A DNA stretch of 64,000 nucleotides from Nanobdellati archaeon (GCA_014384375.1 JACNFY010000034.1:1674-65673); one strand, 5' to 3'; shown: positions 29,991 through 40,487, counted from the first letter of the stretch. The notes: generated by a model not told the origin, from the letters alone. Made by a program: numbers and translations.

Positions 29991-30233
29991 ATGGAGATTG
30001 AGAAATATATTCATAATTCTCTTTTGAAGATACGTGTAAAACCTAACTGTTCTAAGTCAGAGATAAAAGACTATGATGAAAATAGGAATACTTTATTGGT
30101 TGATATCGCTGCTCCTCCTGAGAAGAACAAGGCGAATATTGAAGTAGTGAAGTTTTTCTCAAAGTTGTTGAAGAAAAAAGTTAAGATTAAAAAGGGTTTG
30201 AAAAACAGGGAAAAAGTCTTGCTTATTGGTTAG
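29991..30233 (+). CDS. DUF167/UPF0235 family protein
   Basis: IRVKPN, APPEKNKAN, G..NREK. Confidence 0.88.
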   Translation: MEIEKYIHNSLLKIRVKPNCSKSEIKDYDENRNTLLVDIAAPPEKNKANIEVVKFFSKLLKKKVKIKKGLKNREKVLLIG

Positions 30234-30726
30234 TGTATTCCTCTATTTTCTTGCTCATGGTTTGGAGTTTCACACCTGCCATCTTGAATATCTTTCTCGT
30301 CTCTTGGGCTGCATGGTATTTATTCTCACAGATAACTCTCTTAATGCCTGCGTTGACTATCATTCTAGCGCATACAGCGCATGGTTCCATCTTTACATAC
30401 ATAGTTGCTCCATGCACTGATGTTCCGTTTTTTGCTGCTTGGACTATAGAATTCTGTTCTGCGTGTATGGTTCGTACACAATGCTGCCTTTCTACGCCAT
30501 CTGCATGTTTTGTTGTTTCCATTAAATGACCGACATCGTCACAATGTGGTTGTCCAACTGGTGAACCAACGTATCCTGTTGCTAGTATCTGCTTGTCTTT
30601 CACAATCACACACCCTGATTTTCCTCTGTCACAAGTCGCTCTTTTCGCAACCGCTTTAGAGACTTCCATAAAATATTCATCCCATGAAGGTCTAACATGT
30701 TTTTCTTTTTTAGCCATATTATTCAC
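30223..30726 (-). CDS. dCMP deaminase (ComEB family)
   Basis: RPSWDEYF, RATCDR, TGY.G, HAEQN, PCAVC. Confidence 0.92.
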   Translation of the reverse strand: MNNMAKKEKHVRPSWDEYFMEVSKAVAKRATCDRGKSGCVIVKDKQILATGYVGSPVGQPHCDDVGHLMETTKHADGVERQHCVRTIHAEQNSIVQAAKNGTSVHGATMYVKMEPCAVCARMIVNAGIKRVICENKYHAAQETRKIFKMAGVKLQTMSKKIEEYTNQ

Positions 30727-31285
30727 CTATTTCTTTCAAAACTTTTTCAACTTGCTCATACAGTTCTTCGAAAGAATTGTTGTTCTGGAAAACATAATCA
30801 GATATTTCAATACATCTAGAAAGATTCTGTTTTGTTGGATCTGTTGACCTCATTTCAGTCTCTTCTTGTTTTTTAAACTTTTCAAAACTCACATCATCAC
30901 TTTGCATGTTCTTTCTCTTTTGGATTCTCTCATATCTTAATCTCTGGTCTGCATCAACTGCAAACATTGTAAAGTTTCCTATCCTTTTAAGAGCATTGAT
31001 TTCTCCTTCTGTTCTTAAACTTTCAAGAACACTATTCTCTCTGCTTTTTTTAGCCATCTTGAATAATTCTTCAGCAACATAGCTTGGACCATATTTTCTT
31101 CTGAGATCATTAGCTACAAGAACCATGTTATCTCTTGTTATTGGTAACTCTCTCCTCTCTATCTCTTTATTTATTACGTCTTCCCGAGCTGAGAAATGGT
31201 GATAACCTTTTTCATTGACTAGATAGTCAACAATGGTTCCTTTGCCAGCACCTAGAGTTCCTGTGATTCCAATGATTTTTTGCAC
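30719..31285 (-). CDS. P-loop nucleotide kinase (dephospho-CoA kinase-like)
   Basis: GITGTLGAGKGT, R..YG, SLR..E, RYERI. Confidence 0.75.
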   Translation of the reverse strand: MQKIIGITGTLGAGKGTIVDYLVNEKGYHHFSAREDVINKEIERRELPITRDNMVLVANDLRRKYGPSYVAEELFKMAKKSRENSVLESLRTEGEINALKRIGNFTMFAVDADQRLRYERIQKRKNMQSDDVSFEKFKKQEETEMRSTDPTKQNLSRCIEISDYVFQNNNSFEELYEQVEKVLKEIGE

Positions 31286-31407
31286 TTATAATCCCCCTTT
31301 CATCTTAAGAACTTCTATTCATTTAAAAAAATTTCTAAGAATGGTTGTAATTCATTATAATAATTAATTTAAATGGAAGTGTTTAACAACTCGCTAAGGG
31401 GGATATT

Positions 31408-32274
31408 ATGAAGGCTTATCTTGATATTATTAGGAAAGTATTGGACAAAGGTATAAAGAAAGATGATAGAACCGGTGTTGGTACTATTGCTATTGCAGGA
31501 GCTATGTTTGAGCATGACATGGCAGATGGTTTTCCTCTTATAACAACAAAGAGTGTTCCCTTTAGATTGGTCGCTTCTGAGCTAGAATTTTTTATAAAAG
31601 GGATTACTGATAAGAAATGGCTTCAAGACAGAGACAATCATATTTGGGATGAATGGTGCACTCCTATGGTCATTCTATACGCTCATGATGAAGAAACAAA
31701 AAAGAAGATGATGGCAGAACGTGATCTTGGTCCTCTCTATGGTTGGCAGTGGAGACACTTTGGAGCAGAGTACAAAAATTATAAGACAGATTACACTGGT
31801 AAGGGTGTTGACCAATTAAAAAAAATTGTTGATAAATTAAAGAGTAACCCGACTGATAGAAGAATGATTTGTATGGCTTGGAACCCTGTTGATATTGAAA
31901 AGGTGTCACCTCCTTTTTGCCATTATGGATTTCAAGTTACAGTTATTGATGGAAGACTAAACTTGTTATGGAGTCAAAGGTCCTGTGATGTTGCTTTAGG
32001 CTTACCATTCAATATTGCAAGTTATGCTTTACTTTTGCATTTACTAGCAAAAGAGACTGGCTTCAAAGAAGGTAAATTAGTTGGTTTCATTGCTGATACG
32101 CACATATATCTAAATCACATTGAAGGATTGAAAGAACAGCTTAAAAGAAAACCATTTTCTTTATCAAAATTAAAAACAGAAAATTTTAAATCAATCTTTG
32201 AGTGGAAGTACACTGATTCAAAAGTTGAGGGTTATGAGCATCATCCAAGAATTAAGTTTGAGATTGCTGTTTAG
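31408..32274 (+). CDS. thyA: Thymidylate synthase ThyA
   Basis: DRTGVGT, IWDEW, LGPLYG.QWR, FCH, QRSCD..LGLPFN, HIYLNH. Confidence 0.96.
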   Translation: MKAYLDIIRKVLDKGIKKDDRTGVGTIAIAGAMFEHDMADGFPLITTKSVPFRLVASELEFFIKGITDKKWLQDRDNHIWDEWCTPMVILYAHDEETKKKMMAERDLGPLYGWQWRHFGAEYKNYKTDYTGKGVDQLKKIVDKLKSNPTDRRMICMAWNPVDIEKVSPPFCHYGFQVTVIDGRLNLLWSQRSCDVALGLPFNIASYALLLHLLAKETGFKEGKLVGFIADTHIYLNHIEGLKEQLKRKPFSLSKLKTENFKSIFEWKYTDSKVEGYEHHPRIKFEIAV

Positions 32275-32285
32275 GAGGTTTCAAA

Positions 32286-32789
32286 ATGAGTGAGGTAATA
32301 ATAATAGTTGCTGTCGCTGAGAATTATGTTATTGGTAACAAGGGAAAAATTCCTTGGCATATAAGTGAGGATTTCCAGCATTTCAAAGAAATAACCATGG
32401 ATTTTCCTTGTATGATGGGTGATGTGACTTATGAATCTTTGCCTGAAAGCTTTAGACCTCTGCCAGGGAGGGAGAATGTTGTGCTGACTTTCAACAAGGA
32501 TTATCATCCTGAGGGAACCACTATATTTCACGACTTTGAAGAAGCATTGGAGTACTGCAAAAAAAAGTATGATAAGGTTTTCATCACAGGAGGAGCAACT
32601 ATTTACAGGATAGGGATGCCTCATGCAGACAAGCTAATGATAACAAGGGTTCACAAAGAATATGAGGGAGATGTTTTCTTCCCACAGGTAAAAAAAGAGG
32701 AATGGGTTGAAGTGGAAAGAGAAGATCATCATAGTGACAAGGAAGATGTTGATTTCTCATTCGTTACGTATGTAAGAAAGAATAATTAA
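32286..32789 (+). CDS. folA: Dihydrofolate reductase
   Basis: VIG..G.IPW...D, RPLPGR.N, GGA.IY, GD.FFP. Confidence 0.95.
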   Translation: MSEVIIIVAVAENYVIGNKGKIPWHISEDFQHFKEITMDFPCMMGDVTYESLPESFRPLPGRENVVLTFNKDYHPEGTTIFHDFEEALEYCKKKYDKVFITGGATIYRIGMPHADKLMITRVHKEYEGDVFFPQVKKEEWVEVEREDHHSDKEDVDFSFVTYVRKNN

Positions 32790-33520
32790 AGAGTATTTTT
32801 TATCTTATCCCAGATTAGTTTGTGGATTTCTTCTCTTGTTTTAAGCTTATTTCCTGGAGCGCAGTCTATTATTGGCCAGGAGTATTTCTTGGCAGCGTAT
32901 TTGTATGCTGCAGCTGCATCTTTTAGATGATCAATATCTGATTCGTGAATGTCTTTTGCGCCTTTAACAATGTACTTTCTTGAATCTTTTTGTTTACTTA
33001 GCTTATTCTTGTAATCTTGGTGTTCGAATAATGAGATGGTTGTCTGAAGTTTTTGTTCAACCAAGTCTTGTCCCACTCTTGGAGGTATGTAAAGTAGGAT
33101 GTTAATATTTGGCTTTGGAATATTAAATAAATCAAATTCTAAATCTTTTAACCATTCCAAGAATTTATCTCTTTTTTTTTTGTCTTTGATTTTTCCTGCT
33201 TGATGTCCAATGTTGGATGACATATAGCGATTACATATTACTATCTTTTCTTCCTTAAGCCATTCTCGTATCTTAAAAGAAGCTGCATATCTATCACATG
33301 CGTAGAAAATAGATGCTCTGTATGGTCCAACTTCTTTAGCAGGGCCATAAGAACCATTAAGATATTCCTCGATTAACGCTGCGCTTTTCTGTCCAAATTG
33401 AGGAAATTCTATCAGTTCAACATCATAGCCCTCTTTTCTAAGTTTTTCTACAAGAAGTTTTGTTTGCGTAGCCTTGCCACTTCCATCAGTTCCATCAATA
33501 ACTATTAGTTTTCCTTTCAT
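32786..33520 (-). CDS. tmk: Thymidylate kinase
   Basis: IDGTDGSGKATQ, FP, DR, NRY.SSN..HQ, DIHE. Confidence 0.88.
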   Translation of the reverse strand: MKGKLIVIDGTDGSGKATQTKLLVEKLRKEGYDVELIEFPQFGQKSAALIEEYLNGSYGPAKEVGPYRASIFYACDRYAASFKIREWLKEEKIVICNRYMSSNIGHQAGKIKDKKKRDKFLEWLKDLEFDLFNIPKPNINILLYIPPRVGQDLVEQKLQTTISLFEHQDYKNKLSKQKDSRKYIVKGAKDIHESDIDHLKDAAAAYKYAAKKYSWPIIDCAPGNKLKTREEIHKLIWDKIKNTL

Positions 33521-33580
33521 AAAGGTCCCCTGATATAAGAGAATACAAGTTATTTAAAAAATTTTTTGTAGAAGATAATA

Positions 33581-34291
33581 TTATGAGTCCTTGTTATAAT
33601 TTTCGTTCATAACCATATCTTCAATTCTTTGAAGTGTAGGTAGTATATGTCCATGGCTGAATGGAGACCTTCCAAGTCTGTCTGCAAGAATCAAATCGTC
33701 TGTTTCTAATGCTACTTTTGGACCTTCATATTGTTCAAACCACTGCTCGTATAAAATATTCAGGTCTTCAAGGTAAGAATTATGCGGATCTAAAAGAGCT
33801 CTTTCGTTTTCTCTTCTTGGTTCAAGACGTATTCTTTTTTCTATTCTTTCCCTTAGTTTTGGAATGCTTGTTCTAAGATAAATAGTTAAGTCAGGATATC
33901 CTGCTATTTCGATGTTGGCATCTCTTGTATTTATTATATGCTGATACTCTTCTTGTTTCATAAGTTCTCTTGCAACTAAGTTTTTTGAAAAAACATAGAT
34001 ATCTTCATCCATTAATCTGTCTAGAACTGCAGATCTATCGCTGGCTCTGATAGCTACTAGTTGAGCTCCCCTTGTCTGCACGAAATATAATTGAGTTTTG
34101 TAACTTATGATGTTATATGTTCCTCGTTGAATGGCTGCATAGTATTCATTTAGAATGTCTTCATTAACAACTTCAGGAATAAGTTCAAAATCGAGAAAAG
34201 CAGCAGTTAATTTTGATAGTTTGCTTTTTCCAGCACCGATGTTCCCGGAAAAGCCTACTATTATTTGTTTTTGAGAGTTTTCTTCGTTCAT
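33581..34291 (-). CDS. Deoxynucleoside kinase
   Basis: [12 protein letters not shown]...R, DR...D..VF, PDL.IYL, YL..LN..YE.W. Confidence 0.88.
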   Translation of the reverse strand: MNEENSQKQIIVGFSGNIGAGKSKLSKLTAAFLDFELIPEVVNEDILNEYYAAIQRGTYNIISYKTQLYFVQTRGAQLVAIRASDRSAVLDRLMDEDIYVFSKNLVARELMKQEEYQHIINTRDANIEIAGYPDLTIYLRTSIPKLRERIEKRIRLEPRRENERALLDPHNSYLEDLNILYEQWFEQYEGPKVALETDDLILADRLGRSPFSHGHILPTLQRIEDMVMNENYNKDS

Positions 34292-35589
34292 TTCAATTCA
34301 ATCTCTGGATACAACGGGTGTTGATCACACATCTCCTTTACTTTTTTCCTCACCTCTTTTATGATTTTTTCATTATTTATGTTTGAGACTATCTTGTTCA
34401 TCAGATCTGCGATTTCTTTCATGTCACTCTCTTTGAAGCCGCGAGTTGTTAATGCTGGCGTTCCAAGTCTTATCCCTGACGGGTCCCATGGCTTCCTTGG
34501 ATCAAATGGTATCATGTTCTTGTTGCATGTGATGCCTGCCTTGTCTAGGTCTGTTTCTGCTTCTTTTCCTGTGACTTTTTTATTTGTTAGGTCTACTAAT
34601 AGCAAGTGGTTGTCTGTTCCATCACTTATAAGCTTAAATCCATGATCCATTAATCTTTCTGCTAATGCTTTGGCGTTCTTCAACACTTGCTCTATGTATT
34701 TTTTGAATTCTGGCTTCAATGCTTCTCCGAAAGCTACTGCTTTTGCAGCGATGATGTGGTCCATAGGTCCTCCTTGCATTCCTGGGAAGACTGCGAAGTC
34801 AATCATCCTTACAAGATTCCTCTTTTCATCAGGATGATACTTTTCTTTTAACCTGTCTTCTTCCATGCTTAGGATTAATGCACCCCTTGGTCCTCTCAGT
34901 GTTTTATGGGTTGTTGTGGTTACAACATCGCAGTGTGGGAATGGCATTTGATGTTTTCTAGCTGCTATCATGCCTGCGAAGTGAGCAACATCTGCTAGTA
35001 AGTAAGCGTCTACCTCATCTGCTATCTCTCTGAACTCTTTGAAATCGATGTTTCTTGGGTAAGCGCTGTAACCTGCAAGTATGAGTTTTGGTTTTTCTTT
35101 TAGAGCTATCTTTCTAACTTCATCCATGTTTAGTATTCCTGTTTCTTTCTCCAGACCATAATGAGTGAAGTTGTAGAACTTGCCTGAGAAGCTTACTGGT
35201 GAGCCGTGTGTTAAATGTCCACCATGTGCTAGGTCCATTCCTAGTATTTTATCCTTTAGATTTAGTAGTGCGAAGTATACCTCCATGTTGGCTTGTGAAC
35301 CTGCATGTGGCTGTACATTTGCATGCTCTGCATCAAAGAGTTTCTTAGCTCTTTCGATTGCTAAGTCCTCACTTATGTCAATAAAGTCATTTCCTCCGTA
35401 GTATCTTCTGTGCGGATAACCTTCTGAGTACTTGTTTGTTAGCCATGTACCCATTGTTTGCAAAACAGGTATTGAGACAAAATTCTCAGAAGCTATTAGT
35501 TCAATAGTCTGTTTCTGGCGATTAATCTCTTTTTTAATAGATTCATATACTGCTGAGTCAGAATTCTTGAGTTCCTCAAAGTCAATCAT
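34288..35589 (-). CDS. glyA: Serine hydroxymethyltransferase (bacterial type)
   Basis: [39 protein letters not shown]. Confidence 0.97.
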   Translation of the reverse strand: MIDFEELKNSDSAVYESIKKEINRQKQTIELIASENFVSIPVLQTMGTWLTNKYSEGYPHRRYYGGNDFIDISEDLAIERAKKLFDAEHANVQPHAGSQANMEVYFALLNLKDKILGMDLAHGGHLTHGSPVSFSGKFYNFTHYGLEKETGILNMDEVRKIALKEKPKLILAGYSAYPRNIDFKEFREIADEVDAYLLADVAHFAGMIAARKHQMPFPHCDVVTTTTHKTLRGPRGALILSMEEDRLKEKYHPDEKRNLVRMIDFAVFPGMQGGPMDHIIAAKAVAFGEALKPEFKKYIEQVLKNAKALAERLMDHGFKLISDGTDNHLLLVDLTNKKVTGKEAETDLDKAGITCNKNMIPFDPRKPWDPSGIRLGTPALTTRGFKESDMKEIADLMNKIVSNINNEKIIKEVRKKVKEMCDQHPLYPEIELK

Positions 35590-35691
35590 GTTATCCCCCT
35601 TCTTGAGTGTAGAATAAAAGTCAATTATTTAAATTTTGTTGTGGAATATATTACCAAAAATAATTTAAACGATTAGTTTTCTCCTTCATCA

Positions 35692-36318
35692 ATGAAATTA
35701 TCAAAAGAGTTCAAAACTGATTTGTTACTAGGTCTATTTGTTGGCTCGTTGATTCTTGCTAACACGCTTGGAACCAAGATCACTACTATTCTTGGTGTCA
35801 GGGTTTCTGTAGGTATATTCTTTATACCTATATTGTTCCTTGTGACTGATATTGTTGCTGAGGTTCATGGTAAGAAGAAGGCTAGAAGTTTCGTTTATAT
35901 CTCTTTGATAATTCTTGTTTTTACTTTGATAATGATTTTTGTTTCTATTATATTGCCTGTTAATGAAACATGGGGTAATCAAGAAGCTTTTGAATCAGTG
36001 TTTGGGGCTACTATGAGGATGATGGTTGCTAGTATAATTGCTTTTTTGATTAGTCAACTTCATGATGTGTGGTCTTTTGACTTCTGGAAGAGAAAGACAA
36101 AAGGAAAATACTTGTGGCTCAGAAACAATCTTTCAACATTTGTAAGCCAGTTCATAGACACTACAATTTTCATGTTCTTGGCTTTCTACAAGGTTGCACC
36201 AAAGTTTACTGTTCCTTTTGTTTTCAGCCTTATAATTCCTTACTGGTTATTTAAGGTGGCGTTTGCACTCATCGACACACCTTTATGCTACTTAGGAGTT
36301 AAGTGGTTAAAGAAATAG
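35692..36318 (+). CDS. YhhQ/VUT-family (queuosine precursor) transporter
   Basis: FLVTD..EVHG, AS..AF.ISQ..DV, WLRNN.ST.VSQ.IDT, DTP. Confidence 0.88.
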   Translation: MKLSKEFKTDLLLGLFVGSLILANTLGTKITTILGVRVSVGIFFIPILFLVTDIVAEVHGKKKARSFVYISLIILVFTLIMIFVSIILPVNETWGNQEAFESVFGATMRMMVASIIAFLISQLHDVWSFDFWKRKTKGKYLWLRNNLSTFVSQFIDTTIFMFLAFYKVAPKFTVPFVFSLIIPYWLFKVAFALIDTPLCYLGVKWLKK

Positions 36319-37530
36319 TTCTTCTGCTTCGCCAATCATGTAGATAGAGCCAGTGATAAGTATTGGTATGTCTCTGTTCATCTTCATTGCTTTTTTCACA
36401 GCTTCTTTTACATCTGAGATTATTATTGCTTTCTTGTCAATTAAGTCTTTATAGTTTTTAGGATCTTCGCCTCTATACTTTCCTTTTGTGAGGATTATTC
36501 TCTCTGCAATTGGTACTATTTCCTTTAGCATCTCTCTCTTATGATGACCTTCTGATATTCCTAATACTAAGAAAACTTTAGGATAATATTTGTCCAAGAA
36601 TTTTCTCAGAGCCTTCATTCCTGTTGTGTTGTGAGCTCCGTCAATGATCACTAATGGATTCTTGCTAACTGTTTCAAGCCTTCCAGGCCACTCAGCTTTT
36701 TTCAATCCATTGATGATGTGTTCTTTTTTAACCTCTAGCATTTCTGCAATTCTTATTGCTAGGCAAGCGTTCATCACTTGGTGTTCTCCAACGAGTTTTA
36801 TCTCATAAGATTCTCCATTAGTGCTGAATAGTTGGTGTTTGGTGTCTGATTCAGAGATATTTATGTTGAATTCATCATTTATGTTGTAGTAAGGAGAGTT
36901 GTTTTTCTTACATTCTTCTTTGAATAACTTTATGATTTCTTCGTTGGTCTCTGCAGTTATCATTGGAATGTTTTTCTTGATAATCTTTGCTTTCTCCACC
37001 GCGATTTCTCTCTCTGTGTTTCCAAGGTAATCTACGTGGTCTATTGCGATGTTAGTTATTGCTGTAATAATTGGTGTAACTACATTTGTTGCGTCTAGTC
37101 TTCCTCCCATTCCTGTCTCCGTGATAATATAGTCAGGTTTTTTGTTAGCGAAGTAGAGAAATGCCAGAGTTGTTGTGAACTCAAAAAAGGTTGCTTGTAT
37201 ATTATTTTTTTCACATACAGACTTGATTTTCTGGACTAGTTCAGCTGTTTCTTTATTTGTTATCTCTTTACCATTTAACCTGATCCTTTCATTGAATCTC
37301 ACAAGGTGTGGTGAAGTGTACAAGCCTGTTGAGTAGCCTGCAGTTCTTAATATGAATTCAAGCATCGCTGCTGTTGAACCTTTACCATTTGTACCTGCAA
37401 TATGTATGACATTTAGTTTTTTTTCTGGGTTGCCAAGAGCTTTCAACAATGCTTTCATCACTTCTAGCCCTGGTTTTATACCGAATCTCTCCAAAGCGTA
37501 CATGTATTCTAGTAGGTTGGTTATATCCAT
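36307..37530 (-). CDS. folC: Folylpolyglutamate synthase/dihydrofolate synthase
   Basis: IHIAGTNGKGST, YTSPHL, FE, ETGMGGRLDATN, WPGRLE, DGAHN, TGSIY. Confidence 0.95.
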   Translation of the reverse strand: MDITNLLEYMYALERFGIKPGLEVMKALLKALGNPEKKLNVIHIAGTNGKGSTAAMLEFILRTAGYSTGLYTSPHLVRFNERIRLNGKEITNKETAELVQKIKSVCEKNNIQATFFEFTTTLAFLYFANKKPDYIITETGMGGRLDATNVVTPIITAITNIAIDHVDYLGNTEREIAVEKAKIIKKNIPMITAETNEEIIKLFKEECKKNNSPYYNINDEFNINISESDTKHQLFSTNGESYEIKLVGEHQVMNACLAIRIAEMLEVKKEHIINGLKKAEWPGRLETVSKNPLVIIDGAHNTTGMKALRKFLDKYYPKVFLVLGISEGHHKREMLKEIVPIAERIILTKGKYRGEDPKNYKDLIDKKAIIISDVKEAVKKAMKMNRDIPILITGSIYMIGEAEELFL

Positions 37531-37533
37531 TTT

Positions 37534-38274
37534 CTATCTGTTTATTCTGATATTAGTTGATGGAATTTCTTTCTTTATTGAGTCTCTTAGGTTTTCGAGG
37601 AATGAATCTGTTGGACTGTTGATGTTTTGCATCTTCTTGTCAGCTACCATTCCACTTCTGAATGGTTGTAGCTCCCAAGCAGCGTTGACATCTTCTATCT
37701 CTTTACTAATCTTCAAGAAGTCTTCCTTCCTGAATATTAGTCCTGGGACTATTGTTGTTCTGAATATGACTTCTACTTTCTCATCATAGGCTTTCAATGC
37801 CTGTAGTGTCTGCTTTGTATCTTCTATTATGTTCTGTGATTGTTTGAAAAAAGTGGCTGATTTAGTAACTTTTTCAAAGGTTTCGTTGAATGGCGCTTTG
37901 AGATCCATTATTATAGTGTCTATAAGCTCATTCTTCAATAACGCTTCTATCACTCCTGGTTTTGAGCCGTTTGTGTCTAGCACTGTTTTCAGTTTCAACT
38001 CTTTTGCTTTCCTCAATAACTCTAGTAACGCTTGTTTCTGGAAACAAGGCTCTCCGCCTGTTAAGAAGATGCCTTCGACTGTTCCTCTTTGGTTCTCCAT
38101 ATCTCTCTTTACTTCTTTCAAGTCTATCACATGCTCAAACTTTGTCTCGAGGAAGTCAGGAGTATTACAATAGGGGCACTTGAAGTCGCAGCCTGAGAAG
38201 TATATCTTCATGTATAATTCGTTGCTGAAATCAACTGTTCCAGCTGGTATTAGTTCCCCTATGAATGCTTGCAT
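37534..38274 (-). CDS. Anaerobic ribonucleotide reductase activase-like radical SAM protein
   Basis: GCDFKCPYCN, TGGEP, DTNGS, MDLKA, RTT.VP, LQPF. Confidence 0.85.
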   Translation of the reverse strand: MQAFIGELIPAGTVDFSNELYMKIYFSGCDFKCPYCNTPDFLETKFEHVIDLKEVKRDMENQRGTVEGIFLTGGEPCFQKQALLELLRKAKELKLKTVLDTNGSKPGVIEALLKNELIDTIIMDLKAPFNETFEKVTKSATFFKQSQNIIEDTKQTLQALKAYDEKVEVIFRTTIVPGLIFRKEDFLKISKEIEDVNAAWELQPFRSGMVADKKMQNINSPTDSFLENLRDSIKKEIPSTNIRINR

Positions 38275-38629
38275 TGATAGGAGTAGTCACCAACCATTTA
38301 TTAAGTTTAATATTTTAAATATATAAGGCAGAATACCTTTAGAAATAGCCTCTTTTTACTCTTCTTCCTCACTAGATTCTGAGAAAAACTTGTTTAGGTT
38401 TTTACTTGAAATCTTGGCTTTGTAGCTTATTGCGGTCATTGTGAAATACCTTAATTCTTGGCTTTCAGAGTTTAAGCTTTGGTTATATTTAAATATGATT
38501 AAAATCCAAAATATAAACGTTAAACAATATTATGAAAAGCGTTTTTTCTAAAAATATATTTTGAAAGAATAGTTTGTAATCAACTATATTTAAAAAGGCT
38601 TAGAGGATAAAACAGTGTTAAGTCGAGTT

Positions 38630-39415
38630 TTATCTTTCTAACAGGTTTATTCTGAAGAATTCAACTACTTTTTTCGTCGCTGTGTCCAGTCCTCCTAGAG
38701 TGTTTGTGTATTGGTGATTTTCTCCTTCTACTGCTAGTGTTTCTGCGTGTCTTGCAAGGTCTTTTATTGCTTCTCCTTCTGTAGCGTCTTCTGGATTACC
38801 TGTTCCGTATACTATTAATAGTGGCGCCTTTATTTTTCTGATTGCTTTCTTTAGTTTCTTGTTGTGTTTGAAGTTTTCTTCGAAGAATTCCTTGCTTATC
38901 TTCCACTCGACATCGTTGCTGTCTTTGTGGGTGAAGTATCCTTTCTCCTGTGCTTCTTGATGCAATGGATGGTCGCTATAGGCTTCTCCTAGTTCAATCT
39001 TTGGTGAGAGAGTTGCTACTGCCCTTATCTTCTTGCTCTCATGAGCTATTAGTAGTAGAATAGTTCCTCCGAATGAGTGTCCTACAGCTCCTATTCTCTT
39101 CTTATCGACTCTTTTGTCGTCTAGTAGGTATTCTATGATTTTCTTTAAGTCATGTTCCTCTGATTTTATGTGAAAGCTCGCTATATCTTCATCTACATTC
39201 ATTGTGAAGTTGAATCTCACTGTTAGAAAACCATCGCTTGCTAGTCTATTGCTTATGCTTCTATAGATTGGGTGGCTGTCCACTGGGTATACAGGGTTGG
39301 CTGTTAATCCATGACATATTATTACAGTTGGGAATGGTCCTTTCCTTTGGGGTATCTCTAGGAATGCTCTTATGTTGTGGAAGTATCCCCCATCTATATC
39401 AAGTTCCTCAATCAT
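38630..39415 (-). CDS. Alpha/beta hydrolase
   Basis: CHG, VGHSFGG nucleophile elbow, PLLIVYG..D, C-terminal H. Confidence 0.88.
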   Translation of the reverse strand: MIEELDIDGGYFHNIRAFLEIPQRKGPFPTVIICHGLTANPVYPVDSHPIYRSISNRLASDGFLTVRFNFTMNVDEDIASFHIKSEEHDLKKIIEYLLDDKRVDKKRIGAVGHSFGGTILLLIAHESKKIRAVATLSPKIELGEAYSDHPLHQEAQEKGYFTHKDSNDVEWKISKEFFEENFKHNKKLKKAIRKIKAPLLIVYGTGNPEDATEGEAIKDLARHAETLAVEGENHQYTNTLGGLDTATKKVVEFFRINLLER

Positions 39416-39950
39416 TTTTCTTTAATCCTAGAATTGATTGTCTTGACTCATGCAAAACTTTGCTATTATTAGCGTCTATTTTTATGTTAATTATGTTCAG
39501 ACTTTGAGTAACTAATGTCAGGTTGTACAGTTCTGTCTCTAAGTGTTGCAGTATAACTATTGTCTTGGTAACAACTTCTGCAGGGTATTTCTTCTTCAAT
39601 AGTTTCTCGCTTATATCTATTGCTTTCTCAAGGTTGATTTTTACTTTCTTCAACTCTAGTTTTTTCACTCTTTCTCCTGGTTTTTTGAAAACCTCTTCTT
39701 CCTGGCTTCTGGTAACGCTCAAAAGTTTTTCTTTTGGCGCGCCAGCAGATTCTCTGCTGTGCGTTTCTTTACCAGCCATGAAAACAACAACCTTGTCCTT
39801 TGTTCGGCTGTAATACCCTGTCTGCCAGTCTTGTTGGATTTTGTCTATTATAGTGAAGGCATGTGCTAAGTAGAAGTCTGGATTTCTATTCTTGAAATCC
39901 TTGAATACTTTAGAGCTTTCAATTTTTTTTACAACTGTTTTTAAGAGCAT
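39408..39950 (-). CDS. Hypothetical protein (PepSY-like C-terminus) with in-frame palindromic insertion
   Basis: Operonic ORF ending INIKIDA..KV; contains the element at 39716-39763. Confidence 0.65.
   Translation of the reverse strand: MLLKTVVKKIESSKVFKDFKNRNPDFYLAHAFTIIDKIQQDWQTGYYSRTKDKVVVFMAGKETHSRESAGAPKEKLLSVTRSQEEEVFKKPGERVKKLELKKVKINLEKAIDISEKLLKKKYPAEVVTKTIVILQHLETELYNLTLVTQSLNIINIKIDANNSKVLHESRQSILGLKKND
39716..39763. repeat. 48-nt twin-hairpin palindromic element, copy 1
   Basis: CGCT-CAAAAG-ttttt-CTTTTG-gcgcgc-CAGCAG-attct-CTGCTG-TGCG; close match to 46558-46605. Confidence 0.85.
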
Positions 39951-39998
39951 GCTTCTTCTTTGTATATAATTACTATATAAGGGTTTTGGTAGTAAGAA

Positions 39999-40487
39999 CT
40001 AGTTCTTTTTCCACTCACCAACTTCTTTACCCTTCAATAAGCGGTCAAGCATTTCTAACTCTTCATAGATGCCTTCAATCAAATCATAACCCTTTGCTTC
40101 TTCTAGTGTTACCCATGCATGTTTTGTCATGTCAGGACAGAGCTTTACTTCTCCACCAACGTAATCAGCGTAGAAGCTTCCTACTGCGACTGGTATGTTG
40201 TCTGGCCTGATGAATGTCATGCTTGTAAGGTACTTGATGTTCTTTATCTTCAGGTTTGTTTCCTCCATCACTTCCCTTCTCAATAAGTCTTCGAAAACAT
40301 TGTACCAGTGATGACCTGTGTCTTTCTCCCTTTTAGAATAATCCTCAACTTCCAGCTTTCCGCCTGGCACTGTCCACCTGTTTGGGAAAGCCTTTTCATG
40401 TGACGCTCTCTTTGTGATTAAGTATTTTCCATCCTTGATTAGTATTCCTGTAACAACAACATAATGAGCTTTGTTCTCATCCATCAT
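39999..40487 (-). CDS. NUDIX hydrolase
   Basis: W.VPGGKLE...RREVMEETNL. Confidence 0.9.
   Translation of the reverse strand: MMDENKAHYVVVTGILIKDGKYLITKRASHEKAFPNRWTVPGGKLEVEDYSKREKDTGHHWYNVFEDLLRREVMEETNLKIKNIKYLTSMTFIRPDNIPVAVGSFYADYVGGEVKLCPDMTKHAWVTLEEAKGYDLIEGIYEELEMLDRLLKGKEVGEWKKN

Noticed and set aside
22444..32462. Genome-wide CUG-to-Ser reassignment
   Set aside because: CTG falls at conserved hydrophobic/Leu positions (Hel308 YLDP and RLKYG, DHFR RPLPGR)
32985..33055. Apparent ~20-aa insertion in thymidylate kinase as another palindromic element
   Set aside because: No hairpin or sequence similarity to the 48-nt element; cannot be confirmed without an alignment
38440..38629. AT-rich intergenic region as a replication origin
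   Set aside because: No ORB-like repeats and no adjacent cdc6/orc1
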